Source: Yuukianura sp. NJ FZ-2021 (taxonomy: Eukaryota). From it: 64,000 nucleotides of DNA. Shown in pieces: positions 11,986-25,265 of the stretch. Position numbers and translations under genes: made by a program. The stretch is from assembly GCA_046563655.1 (NCBI GenBank), contig CM102290.1:3906001-3970000 (forward strand), written 5' to 3'. The notes beneath the pieces were generated by a model that was not told the origin of the DNA, ran no database searches, and saw nothing but the letters and a program-made list of their open reading frames with translations. Positions within the stretch are counted from its first letter, which is position 1. Each line of letters opens with the position of its first letter.

Positions 11986-13013
11986 GTAAACTTCTAAACT
12001 TCAAGTTTTGTCTTTAAGAATACAACGTTTTTGATGACTTTTGGGCAAATTTTGACATAATTTTGACAAATTTTGACATGAAATGGCGGCACAGGGGAAA
12101 GGTGTACTTGAGGTCCAGGATTTTAAAAGTGTTGAAAACAGTTCTCACTTTGGAGACCTCAAGGGATTACCTTTGCTTACGGCGTTTTTTGATTTTAAAA
12201 AATTTTTTAAAGAATTTTTTAAATTTATCCTTTCCTTGAATAAGAAAAGCTTAACGATTTTGTACTCGGTTCTTTCATGTTTGAAATTGTTTAGACGGAG
12301 AGTGATATTTAAAAATTTTTTTTTCATTTTATGGTTTTTAGCTCAAGGAATTTCAAAAAAAAAAACGTTGCCTTGAAATAGTTTTGAATTGGAGTTTTTC
12401 TTTAATAAACTTGCGCTGTATTGAATTGGAGCAATTTTAAAATTCTTAAGTCAGCGTTTACCGTAGTATGCCCTTCATTCTCTTTTCCCCATTTGCGTTC
12501 AGAGTAACCTTGCATTTTATAAATGTAAGAAAAATTGAATTTTTTGTAAAAAAAAAAAAATTAGAAGTTGCAGCTTAAGTTTAATGAGAAATATTTATAG
12601 TAGGCCGGGATTTGAAGTTTGCAGTTGAAAATGAAACTTATTAAAAAGCATCCAGAATTACCGTTAGCATTTTGTCTGAGGTATTTGATAATGTGTTGAA
12701 AGTTCTTGTAGAGCTGAACTAAAAAGGTATAAAGATTAGGTGAGACGTTATAGATCCAAGGTTCGTAGAAATTGAATTAATAACGTCAATCTCTAGTTGT
12801 GGAAATGTAGTCTTTGTATTGCAATTCTTAAAGGTCTTTAGCAAATTGGTGAACCAATCCCAAGTTTTCTGCAAATATTTATTTAATTTCCCTGAACGGG
12901 TTTAGCACTGTTCTGGATGAACCAAGGTTCTTGTACAAAGGTGATATGGCTATTTTTCTTTGAATATTTTAGAAGTGAGGACTGATAAAAAGTAAACGAC
13001 ATCTATAACCAAA

Positions 13014-15017
13014 ATGAGCCTCCGAACTACAAGTAGCGTTGCCCTGGCCGATTCAACTACAAACAGTCACAACACTGACGACCTCACAACATCATCATCC
13101 ACATCATCTTCAGTAGCCAACAGCAACACATTAGCCAACGAACAACTTCTGGAAGACCAAGATCTCAGACCGAGCGGAACTGACGCAACAATGACGGATC
13201 TAAGAACACCGTCTGTAATTGAGCGACTTCTGAACCAGTGTCTGAGCAAACCGCCTTCCGAATCGGAATGGACCTATGAAACGCCATCTAGACTGTCCAG
13301 TGGGCCACAGAGTCCGGACTCCGACTATCACTCAGAGGAGAAGCGGAGAGGTCGACCGAGGTCAGATCTGGTCAAGAACTTGGTCCTTCAAGGTCAAGCG
13401 TCCCCCAGCTCCATCAAGTGTCAGTACTGCGCCAGAGTATTTCCTAGGGAAAAGTCACTGCAAGCTCATCTCCGGACGCACACTGGTGAAAAACCTTACA
13501 AATGCGACTATCCAGACTGCGGCCGAGCATTTACACAGAGTGGACAACTTAAAACACATCAACGACTGCATGCTGGAGAAAAGCCGTTTGTCTGTTCCCA
13601 CCCTGGGTAATTCCCAATTTTTTTTGACAATCGCTCTAAACTTTTGTCAGATATTTCTAGGAAGGCTGAAATTTCAATTTTTCTTTCCTTTTAGGTGTAA
13701 CGTTAGATTTACGCATGCCAATCGACACTGTCCAGTTCATCCAGAATGTGTTTTAAGACGATCTCATGATGTTGTGCTCAAATCGGTTGCTGGTGGAAGT
13801 GACACGGACAACAATGGTGACCAGGTCAAGGAGTGGATGGAAAGGTACGTTCATAATTGATTTTTTTTATCAATGCCCAATGTTTTCCAAAACTTTTAGG
13901 ATGTTAAAGCCTTTGTCGTATTTTTTCTTTTAAATAAAGTGCAAGCGTCCCAAGAATCAGTTGAAGTGCTTTTATCCGGTGCGACTTACGTCCATCTCTT
14001 CCCCAATATTTATTCTAGAAATCGCATCTCCTGTGATTTGCCGAGTGTATTGCTCTTGTTAAAGTCTTTTCCAGTTAAATCTTCGCAACTTGACGTAATG
14101 CAAGTGTAGACGATATTGACACGCAGTATTTGTTTAGCTAACTTTTTCCGTTCAAGTGGCGTCCACATACTTGAGATCCTGCTAAATTACGTGTCCTAAA
14201 CATTTTTTTCTTATTCTAGCCTAATCTTTTGTGTTGCGACAGATACCGAAGGGACCGTGAACTGAGCTTCAAGGTGACATCGTCCAAAGTGCGCACTAAA
14301 GTCCGACGTGCTGACACATCTTCGTCTGAACAAGAACAAGAGAATTACTCATCACATCCGAAACGGCGCAGGCGCTGCCAAGGTTCTTCAGATGACGAAG
14401 GTTTCGAAGACAGTCGAAATGGCGTGGGTTCAGTCCTCGTCAGTTCTGGATCTGTCCACAGTGGACACGCTCTACAGTCAATCACCACCAAGTTCCAAAA
14501 AGACAAAATGGATGCCGTTGTAGTTCCAATGGGAAATAGTCGACAGAGTAACTGCATCCTCAAATCAGAGGATTCAGGAGTTGCGTCCTGGTCATCCTCA
14601 CCTACGTCCACTACGATTCGTCCACAGAAACTGAAGCGACGCTGGCTCGAAGCTGCACTAATTCAAACAGAAACAAACGAATCTGCCCATGCGCTTGATA
14701 ATCACTCCAGTACTGCTGCGTCCCTGAATCGTCCTTCTGTCCTGGTCATGGCACCATCCATACCCTGTATCACGCAGAGGCCAACGAAAAATGAGAATTA
14801 TTATGAAACTATTACATTACATAAAGTACAGGAAGAAGAAGGGGAAGTAATTAGTTGGAGTGGAAAACACACTAGGATTAATTCTGAAACAATTTCTAAC
14901 ATTGACTCTTTCTGTAACACAAATTTTGGCGCAGATCAATTTGCATCGACTTTTAAATCTTCATCTTTTATTACTGTCCAAGACAATCTTGCTTACCATG
15001 TCAAAACTGAAAATTAG
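13014..15017 (+). CDS. ZNF367: C2H2 zinc finger protein 367-like (exons ~13014-13606, 13695-13844, 14243-15017)
   Basis: RRGRPR...CQYCARVFPREKSLQAHLRTHTGEKPYKCDYPDCGRAFTQSGQLKTHQRLHAGEKPFVC...RFTHANRHCPVHP matches the ZNF367 finger array; Ser-rich C-terminal exon. Confidence 0.88.
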
Positions 15018-17023
15018 ACACTTTTAGAACAATGACATTGTATATAACTTGTGTGAATTTAAATTAGAATCACTTATTTCCAATGTACAATCCAAACAAT
15101 CACAACGGAGTACTTAAATTATAAGTTTACAAGTACAATCAGTTCCTTCAATGACGAAGAACATCGTAACATTTTGCTTATTCAATCAATGAAATTATGA
15201 TGCAAACCTAAATGCTCTAATGTTAGGTTATCAAAACTAGCTCAAACTGTTATATTTTATGAAAACTTGTTGCAACAAATTGCATTTATCTTATAAGTTC
15301 AAAAATGTTGGGAAGAAATATGAATAATATTTCAAAAAGAACAATCAAAACTTTGAACTGGAACAATCATGTTAGCCAGTAACGTATCTAAAATAGTTAA
15401 ATAAGTACTTATTGGTATACTTTTATAAGTATAATTATTCTATAGTTTTATTGTATTTAACTCATTTATAAAAAGAAAACTTCCTTTACTATTTTCTGTA
15501 TAAAGTTATGCGTTGTTTGTGTAAAAATTAATTTCGTAATAACAAGAAGAATTATAGAATCTTCTATGTATTTCTTCCAATTCAAAAAAAAACAGTTTTC
15601 TTCCTATTAGCTGAAGTGAAACTAGCTAAAGCTTAAAATTTTGAGATAATTGTTTACTTGGTAATTAATTTAATTACTCAAATTAATTGAAATAATTTGT
15701 AACTTTAGCTACGCATGATCAATGCTCAAACGATGGCTCTGGAGCGTTCATTTGTTGGCGTTGATCTCTTACGTGGTTAGCTGTTTTAGCTTTAGTAGTT
15801 GCACTCAATGTTATACCAAATGTATCAAAATATCGGTATCTCAAAAGTATCGGTTCTAACCTAGGATACAATAAACCCTTCATTTATTCTTGCCAAATTT
15901 TCATATTCCAAAATGGGTTTTTGCCTACGAAGCATTTTTTGTTACTCTAAAGGCATCATGTCAAAAAATACAAAAAATACAGATCAAATTTGGCTTTTGG
16001 TCAGAATACTTATCACGCTACGTGCTACTGTTGATATTCTACGAAAAGATGTGAGTTTTGTTTTGTCACAAATTCATACAACGCATTTTTGGATTGAAAG
16101 GATAATTCATCACAGAATGTAGCATGATATTGGAGACAAATTGGAAATTTCAAAAAAAAATTATAGAATTGACAGTTTCTGCTGCATGCAACAATAATTG
16201 AAGAAACACGAAAGAAGACCAAGGAAAAGTGGTAAACTGGAACTTAAAAAGTTATTTTGTATTGATTTCCAATCGCTCCGTGTGAATAGCCATAAAGGCC
16301 TGCTTTCTCCCGGAACGCTTGAGTTATTTTTCTAAGCAGTAAACACACTACTAAGTCTATTTCAATTTGAAGCTTTTTGGACAACATTGTGAACAATGAG
16401 ACACTACGGGAAAGGCTTTACAACTTCATTTAGGCCGTTTTTCCTGATGACGCTCATTCACTTTCTCCACTTTGAGTTGACAATGGTTCGTGCTAGGTTT
16501 CACCTGCTGCTGATATAGGTTAGCTTTAGGTTTTTGGTCAACACCGTCGTCCACATCAACTATAGAGTCCATACCTACCTAACTTAACATGCCCACCTCC
16601 AATGACAACATATTTCCGCAATTTAGGCAACTCAAGGTCCCCCCAAACCACGAGCCTCAACTGTTTTAAACTTACTCCAAGTCGGCACCAAACTCCAGTC
16701 GACTTGGATTCTCAGTCCGGGCAGTGTCACGCAAACGGCTAGTTCTAAGTGAAAGCGGACTTTCACCCTGGTAAGCCCCCACCACATACACGAATCACTC
16801 ATTCCAGAAACAACCACTAACGATGTTTTGTTCAAACGGAAGTAGAGTTGTGTCCAAATCCAGGAATCGTAGAAACAAATGTGAAACTTGAAAGTAGGTT
16901 GTGTTTTTGGGCCATTCAACTGGGCAGGTTAAAATGGGGCTGAAAAGTGACTAGAAGTGAAAGTGGTTGTTTCCCTTTACCCACGTTTGACTCAATTGCA
17001 ACTGAATTATTTAAGGTGGGACG

Positions 17024-20000
17024 ATGGAGGAGGTGGGAGGTGGTGGGTCCAGTGGGCAAAATGAACCGATCCCACCCTGTTCGCAGTACAACAAACTTTC
17101 AGACAGTTTAAGGCGCGTGGCTCCGCAACATATTTCGTGTTCAGTGTTTTGCGGTGGAAAGAAATGCAAGTATGAAAAGGGTTCGTACTGGCCGGCCGAC
17201 TCTTGCTGCATCAGTGGCATCTACTCACATTGGTAATTTGAGAATCTCAATTTCAAAATTTTGGAATGATGGTTTTCTAAAGAAAGCAATATTTTGAAAA
17301 CAACTACCACAATTTATTTACTGTCCAATTTTGGTTTTGTGTAATTCCCTTAACTTTGTACAACAACTTGTCAAGTAATAGAGAAAATTGTTCATTTTTG
17401 AATCAATTATGCTTGGAACTTAATAGGGTAACAGAAGACATCGTAGCCATGTCTCGACCTAACACTACTGTCATCGTGGAAAACGATGTCTTAACACAGT
17501 TTGACACGTAAGCATTCATTTCATACAATTATCAAGAAATCTAACAAAAAAAAGTTCACTTTTCACCTTGGGGCAATTAGCAACAATGCTAACGAACCTC
17601 AATTTGAGATTCTCAACTTGTCAAGGATTTGTATTTTGCTGTATGCAATGTTAAGGGTTCTGGAAAATTTGCATTTGTTGTAATGGCGTCACTTTTGAAA
17701 TGCGAAAAAGCGGTGGATTTGATTACGGTTGGAAACAAATTACCTCGGTGGTAGATTGGGCGTGGTGGAGGGATTTAAGTGGGACGTTTAGCCCCGACTT
17801 TGTTAATTTCCGAAATCAAGGTGAAAATGCTTATGGCTGAAGTCGTTAGGTAGAAGTTAGGTGTGCGGTTGCAATCATTATGTTAAAAGGGTGTAGATAC
17901 TTTCTCCAGGCTTCAGCCTCCACTTACAAGCGATTTCCTGCTTCTTTTCCAGATTGGGCATAAAATCCGTGATTAATTTGGAAGTACCTGGAGAACACGC
18001 AAGTTGCAGTCTAGCACCGCTCCATTCCAGTGGATTTGCATACGATCCACTTCAACTCATGGACAATGGAAGTAAGTCCGAGCGAATTAAAAATACGTCC
18101 GAGAAAATAAATGTCAAAGGTCATTGAAACTAACAGTAAAGTCTCCAAATAAATATAAACCGATTAGTATTTATTGCCGTTTCTAAAGGCTTATGCCGAT
18201 TTTCAACATTTGGAACAACGCCAAAAAATTTTCCCAGGCATTTTTTGGTTTATAACTCAATAAAAAAATTTTTTGCCTATTTTTCTGTTCCGTTTCAGTA
18301 TATTTCTACAACTATGCTTGGAGGGATTATGGAGAAGCTTCCGTGGCCTTTCTGCTGGACATGGTCAAAGTCCTTGCTTTTTCAACTTCCGAAGGAAAGG
18401 TCGGTGTCCATTGTCACGCTGGACTCGGGCGAACTGGAGTCCTCATTGCCTGCTACCTAGTGTATGCCCTTAGACTTAGGGCCAATGATGCCATTCGATT
18501 TGTTCGTTCCAAACGTCCTGGAGCAATCCAAAGCCGCCTTCACATTCTGATTGTTCAACAATTTGAACAATTTATACTTCCAAACTGTGTTGTCTTTTGT
18601 AATCGACATCTTCTCAACGACAGAAAACTTCAAGATTTCACACTGGCACAGTATTTGAAAAGGCAGCGAGTAATCTTACATGGAAAGGAATGCAAAACTC
18701 TACGACTCATTCCAAAGGTCAGAACATCTTCAACCTAAAAGTTAGTTTAATCGATGTAAGTTCTCCTGCAACAGTGGAAATGAATTCCTTTCGTCCAGAT
18801 TTAGCACTTACGCCTCCACTTGATTGATTTAATACAAATAACAGCCATACTAAAGCTTAATTACACAACAGTTCTCATCATTCATAATCACAATTCATGT
18901 CAAAAAGGAACAACATGCGAAAATCACATTCCAATAATTTGGACTTTAATGTAACATTTCCTTGACTTTGATACATCCCCTTTGATTCTCCAATTTGCAT
19001 AAGGTCAAAGAAGCCAAAGTGTCCAATAACATGAAATTCCCAAATTTTGACAAAAACGACTCAGTTTTGTTAGGGTACAGAAACCATTTCGGAAGTTATA
19101 TTTGGAAAAATCACTTTTTACAGAGTTGCGTTTGAGCAAGTTTTTTTTTTAAATTTCAGATTTTGAATGTGATATGTGAGAGACTGTTGACATTATGCGG
19201 AAAACCAAATGTTGTTCCAGTTGTGACACAAGATGAAGATACTTGTGAGCCCATTCCAGGAACTCCGGATACTCCGGTCAGTGATAGCTTCATTGCAACC
19301 AACGGTATGACTCCATCGACGCCTAGCGACCCGGGGTCATCCACTACTAGCCTGAAGGCTTCCCTCGGTGTAAGTTCCTAAAAGTGTAAACTTTACGCCT
19401 AAACTGCAAAGTCAAGGTTCCTTGAGAAAGAGAAATGAATTTTCTTTAACAGGTTGGGAACCTCGCTTGCTGACAAAATACGAAAAAATAATTTATATCA
19501 ATTTTAGTACCAATCCACAAAATTTGTACCAATTCGTATTTAAAGTTTAAGAAATTCTGCTTTTTTGTTATGACTACCACGCCCTGCAATAAAAAAAAAC
19601 CTGCTCTTTTTGCAAAATCAAAAACACACGAGGTATTAGTACCCAACCTGTTGAAGAAATCCAAAGTCAGCAAACCTTGTGCAAACTTTAGATTTGGAAA
19701 ATATTAGTTTTGAAAAGTTTTAGCCATCATTTTGTTTAGTATACTTACTTTAACTTTGAAAAATTGAAATAATCTGTAGGCAATAGAAGTTCCCTACCAA
19801 GGAGCCGATGTGATACGAGCGTTTCTGTCGGATCATATCAACATGTCGGAAGGGCTCGCTCGCTTCGTTCGCCAGTACCGAATTGAACTGAATCACAAAG
19901 GAGTGGGTGCTTGGAACCGACTTGGGAATGAAAAGAATTTGTACATTTTGACTGGTTTGCTCCTCCTGTGGCTGGAGCATCTTCGACATCCCCTCCTCGG

Positions 20001-20445
20001 CAGTGACGAATTGACGACAGTAGTACTCCATGCCAACGACCATGTCGAAACACTCCGTCGCCTACCGCTCGAAACATCCAGTACTCTCGTATACTTGTTT
20101 CGATGCATCACAAGACTAGAACCAACTCCGGTGGAACTCGAGATAATGCTCAGAAGAATGTCGGCGGCACTGACGCAGAGGACAGTATACAGTGCCAATG
20201 ACATGCAGACGTTCCAAGGCTATCACTCCGTCATCACTGAAAAAGGTTTGAAAACCAAAGTCGAAACCAAAATTAAATGTAATTACTTTTAAGCTTATTC
20301 TAATTATATGTGGACAGGGAAACCAAGGAAGCTGAGTGATGGGACACTTACTAAAATAATGTCCGTTCTTCGTGGCATGGTCCTTGCCTATGCTTCTGAA
20401 TACGAAAATGAGAAAACGTTACATGGAGACGCAATTACAAATTAA
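17024..20445 (+). CDS. PTPDC1: Protein tyrosine phosphatase domain-containing protein 1-like (~7 exons)
   Basis: CSVFCGGKKCKYE, GIYSHWVTEDIVAMSRP, PGEHASC..SGFAYDP, YFYNYAWRDYG, active site VHCHAGLGRTGVLIACYLVY, AIRFVRSKRPGAIQ; C-terminal helical region LTGLLLLWLEHLRHPLL; stop TAA 20443-20445. Confidence 0.9.
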
Positions 20446-21235
20446 GCTAATAAAGAGAAAATCAACTGTAATCTAAATCGACGTAAAAATATTCTTCAAT
20501 ATGGATAGATTCCTGTGCAAACCTTCGAAATCACTTCCAACCTCCAACACTTGTCAAACTCTTACATTATTGCAATTTTTTTTTCAATTTTTAGCTGTTA
20601 TGTGGCAGGCAAACATTTTCTTTTTATGCTTTCACTTTTTACGAAGCTGAAAACGCAAAGCGCTTTAGTACAAACATTTCAAAAAACCTTTATCCCAGCC
20701 CCTATATAGTTTTTTTTTATCGATTTCAGGGTTTGACAAATAACATTTTTTAATTCGAATGGTTTGTATTCTTTATTTTCTGAACTCCATCTGAACGAAA
20801 TAAGTGTTTTTATTTAGTTTTATTGTAATGGATGTCAATTAAAAAGTAAATTAAATCTAAACAACAAAGGTGAAAATAGCGCAAAAGTGATTACCATTAA
20901 CATTTCGCTGTGAAGAGAAGATCTACGGACGCTCTCGATAGTAAAGCACGTGACGTGCTTGTCAATTTCTGGCGCTATAATCTACGCACAATTATTTTTT
21001 GTCCAGCCTTGTTTCAAATGAAACATACAGAGAGTAGTGTAGCCAAAGAAGCAGTAAATCGCAAGGTCATCAGCTGTTTCGGCCACTGAAGTAGCAAAAA
21101 CCGATTTTCAGATTTAACCTTCGTCAAGGATATCTCCAGGTAATTTTAAACCACATGAAGCTTGTTAATGTGACTTTTTATTAAGTCAACCGGCAAGTGA
21201 CTTATTTTAAAAATCCTTAGGCATTACGCAACACG

Positions 21236-22166
21236 ATGAACGCCACTGGAAATAAGAAGCAACCGGCTTGTATGATTGGTCCGTCGATTTTAAATGCAGA
21301 CTTGTCGCAAATACTGGCAGAATCATCAAAGCTAATGACATCAGGAGCAGACTTTCTTCATTTAGACGTTATGGACGGGCACTTTGTCCCAAATTTAACC
21401 TTGGGACACCCTGTCGTTAAGTGTCTCAAGTCGCACATGCCTACTACTTACTTCGACGTTCACATGATGGTCGCTAACCCAGAAAAGGTACTACGTAGAA
21501 TAAAATCTTTTGGTGTGTTGATAATCACTTATTTTGAAATTCTAGTGGGTGATTCCGATGCATGACGCTGGTGCTGATCAATATACTTTCCATTTTGAAG
21601 CCACAAGCGATCCAGTTAACCTTTGTAGAAAAATCAAAGAAACGGGAATGAAGGTTAGCTTTTGTATTAGTAGAAGACTTATGAAGAATCGACTGATTTG
21701 TATCAACCGCAACTAACTTTGCTTTGTGACTTCCTAGGTTGGGATTGGCGTGAAGCCAGCCACGCCGATAGAAACAATTGTTCCATTTGTTGAGTTCGCG
21801 GATGTAATTTTAATAATGACAGTGGAACCAGGGTTTGGGGGCCAGAGTTTTATGCCTGACATGTTAGAGAAGATGAAATTCCTTCGGGAGTGCTACTCCC
21901 ATTTGGATATTGAAGTGGATGGAGGAGTGGACTTGAGTAACATTAAAGTTTGTGCTGAGGTAATTCGTAATAACTATAACTAGTTATGAAAGTGACATAT
22001 GGAACGTTAAATGGTATCTCCTTTGTCGTAGGCTGGAGCTAACATGATTGTCTCGGGAACTGGAATCGTGCGTGCAGAAGATCCAGCATCCGTCATACAT
22101 GGCATGAAAGAGACTGTTTCGCACTGGACACACAAGAACTTTTTTGATAAAGTGAAGTCAGTTTAA
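21236..22166 (+). CDS. RPE: Ribulose-phosphate 3-epimerase (4 coding exons)
   Basis: [74 protein letters not shown]; stop TAA 22164-22166. Confidence 0.96.
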
Positions 22167-22447
22167 CCCCTCAAGTTCGCGTTGTGAGTAGGTAAAGTAA
22201 CGTTTGGTGGCAATTTTGAGATATTCCATTTCGTAATAAAAGAATCTTTAATTTCGTTAACTGTAATTGTGTTAAACAAACAAAACCCTTTTACGATTTG
22301 GCATTGTAGAAAGAGACTTAACCCTATTACATACAAAGCAGGATTGAAAAATAACTAACTACTTCTAAAAAAAACTACTTAGGTATTTAAAATCTTGATA
22401 ACTTACTGCATAAGAACAAACTCATCACTAAAAATTGAAGATGCGTC

Positions 22448-23550
22448 TTAATGAAGTTTAGCCTGGGAAACCCTAAGGACTGGTTCTAGAGCTGCAAGGG
22501 TAAGCAGGATGGCATCTTCTGTCCGAATGGTCTTCGTGCCTTGAGATGGTCTGGCGTTGATGTAGTGCTTGAATCTTGATCGAAACAGCTCTTGTGTGTC
22601 ATGTACAAAGTCGTTACAAGATTCTAGACCGTCAACTCCGCCGAAAACAATTAGCAAGTTCTTGAAACGAACCCCATTGTTCAGTGTTTGTATCTGCGAC
22701 ACGGACGTTCCTAAGTCCGAGGTTCCTATTACGCAGTCGTATTTTGAGTCTGCCAAGATATCCATGACACTTTCACTCCTTCTGACGTTGTAGCCCCAAT
22801 ATTTTCCTGTTACTCTCTTTGCCTCTGCTGGTGACACGATTTCGCCAGTCAGTTTTGATTTTGGCTTCAGTGAATCTTCAAAATTCTGAATTTTTACGGT
22901 AACACGCATCCCTTCCGGGAGCTCCATGTTACATTTTACTTTGCTTTTAAGTCCGACTTCAACGTAACCAGGCTTATTTGTTGTTACTCCGTCTCTGCAA
23001 AACAAAAACATAAGATCCTGAATTGTGAATGCAAATAATTAAGGAATATAAAGTTATCCAACCTGAATTGTACGACATCATATTTTGTAAAATGATACGG
23101 AAGGCAGAGTGGGGGTAACACGCCTGTATACTGACACTCCGGCATCATACCAAATAAAAGTTTCTTGAGATAAGGTGGGCATTCCAAATGCGTTAGCAGG
23201 ATTTCCAGCAATGTACAACCTTCGGACTCTTCAAATGATCCCTGATCATTGTAAATAATGATTTCGTCGACGTTGAAAACGGAAATGGCCCGAGCAATCT
23301 GTCCAGCTAAATAGGCTTTCCGTTGTGGCGTAACTGCGTTATCCAGTACCGTTCCAGCCACTGCTACAGAAACCAGATAAGGTCTCTGCGGATGGTAGGC
23401 GTCAAGGAGATGCAGATTTTGACTCTTGGTCGCTGTCTCTTGCGCTTGAGATTGATGACCGGCGTCAGTACCATCCTTGCCAGTGACAGCTGTACTCTCC
23501 TTGTCCTCTTTCCGTGGTCGTTTTTTCGCTTTGAAATTTGGTTGAGACAT
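22448..23550 (-). CDS. SPOUT1: SPOUT-domain methyltransferase SPOUT1/C9orf114-like (intron 22995-23062)
   Basis: VSVAVAGTVLDNA, YLAGQIARAISVFNVDEIIIY, LECPPYLKK, FRDGV, GKYWGYNVR, IGTSDLG, LIVFGGVDGLE, PSQGTKTIRTEDAILLTLAAL. Confidence 0.9.
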
Positions 23551-24498
23551 GGTGTATAGTCCGACGCCCTATGAAAGACAAAAGCATACCTGTATCAGTG
23601 CAAAACTACTTAATTGTTATTTAATGTATTGTATTCACTTTAATTTGATTTAGTTACTTTCAGTAAGCAGTGATTGAGCGATGACCTTTAACATTGAAAA
23701 GCTTAACACTACCGAAACAAGCAAACAGCTGATTTCACGGTGATAAACAAAACGTGCTTATTCACCTGTTTGAAATTAAATTCTATGTTCCCGCCATGCG
23801 TCTTGGACAACGAAACGGATCTCGGAAAAAATTTCGATGCTATGACGATGATTAGTATTTTAGTTTTGTTGTTTAGAAAATGACAAACACGAAACTTAAA
23901 CCCCGCTACATATTCAACTAAAACTGCAACGAAAAAACACAAGAATTTTTACGCCTTGAGCGTTTTGAACAAAAATTGTGACATTTGAGTTGCAATTGTG
24001 AGGCATTCACAACTCAAGTACCCATAAGCATCCACTTGCAAAAACAAAATTTGCCATGTGCAAATTCTTTTCATGGAAAGGAAAGGTAAACCGGCTTTCC
24101 TTTTTACTTATTTTTAGCTTGTGTCCAATTCAATTTACTAATCATTAATGTCCGGACCACGCATCCAAGCAAATCCAATGGTGAGGGGAGATGGAGTGAG
24201 TTGGCGTAGAAAGTGCCGACTTGAGATAAAATGAAAATTTCGGTGTAAAAGCGGTACAAAGGGAGAGATCATATAGTGGGCCACTATATTCACAGTTCAC
24301 AGAAACTCTGGAAGTGGGAACGGCAGACGTTATCGTCAGCTGATATTGCGGTTTTGGCTTTTTAACCTCCCTCCGATTTTCGGTAAGTTCCCACTACTAC
24401 TCCCGTACCTCCTCCTCCTTCGCATTGCCTTGAGAATTCTGGTGCAGTGCTTGTCTGTCACAGTTTGTACTTGGATCCGGATCTCCGTCTCCGGTTGA

Positions 24499-24731
24499 GG
24501 TAAGCTTTAACGACCGTCATTGTAGCCGCACAGTGTAGCCGCTCCGCCATTTTTTGTGGCTACAATAGGTGGCTACACCGTGTGGCAACTTATGTTGCCA
24601 CTTTAGGTTAGGTTAGGTTAGGTTAAAGTGGCTACTTAAGTTGCCGCTCAGGTGTAGCCACCCATTGTAGCCACAAAAAATGGCGGAGCGGCTACACTGT
24701 GCGGCTACAATGACGGTCGTTAATCCTTACC
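24499..24731. mobile_element. Foldback/MITE-like palindromic element with (TTAGG)4 loop
   Basis: ~99-bp inverted arms (24507-24605 vs 24624-24723), first 60 bp perfectly complementary; TTAA at 24507-24510 and 24720-24723; outer GGTAAG/CTTACC termini flanked by direct TTGA (24495-24498, 24732-24735); internal TGTAGCC/GGCTACA subrepeats; no coding capacity. Confidence 0.75.
24603..24622 (+). repeat. (TTAGG)4 interstitial arthropod-type telomeric repeat
   Basis: ttaggttaggttaggttagg read directly; forms the loop of the foldback element. Confidence 0.9.
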
Positions 24732-25265
24732 TTGACCCCGTCTCCCACATATTAATGTGATCTCAACGGTTATATTTGTTTCTTGCAAATTCCAGGGAAT
24801 CGATCGGTATTCCAGCTCGGTAGTCCGGCTCCGGATTTATAAAAGTGTACCAGTTTTCATGGAACAGAAACCTCGTAAAGTTAGTTCATAACGCTGAACA
24901 TCTTCAATAGCAATCAATTGTTCCTCTACGTCCGCTTAGCCGCTCACTCCACTAAAGTCTAGTTTACTGGGGTTAAAAATTGTTTTTGTTGTGGCTCTAT
25001 TTCGGTCTTGTCTTCCCTTGTCCTTATTTATACTATAAACAGGTAACATCCCGCTGATTCGCCTAAAATCGCGAATGAACTAAATTCTATGATGTCGTAA
25101 TGGTTTATGGCAAAATTTAAAAAAAAGTTTGTTGCTATTGGTTTTAAGGGACACGAGAACCGGGATACCCCACTAAAGAGAAGCAGAGGTCACACTGTAC
25201 TCCAACCTACCCTATCCGTTGAGGAGCAGAATCTCAAAGTCGAGCAAAGAAGACTGGCCTACAGA

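Noticed and set aside
12047..12080. Short tandem TTTTGACA x3 and other small AT-rich palindromes (15661, 33674, 46502)
   Set aside because: Short and low-complexity; expected by chance at this base composition.
24507..24723. CRISPR-like array or true telomere
   Set aside because: Eukaryotic context, inverted rather than spaced direct repeats, and only four TTAGG units inside a gene-dense region.
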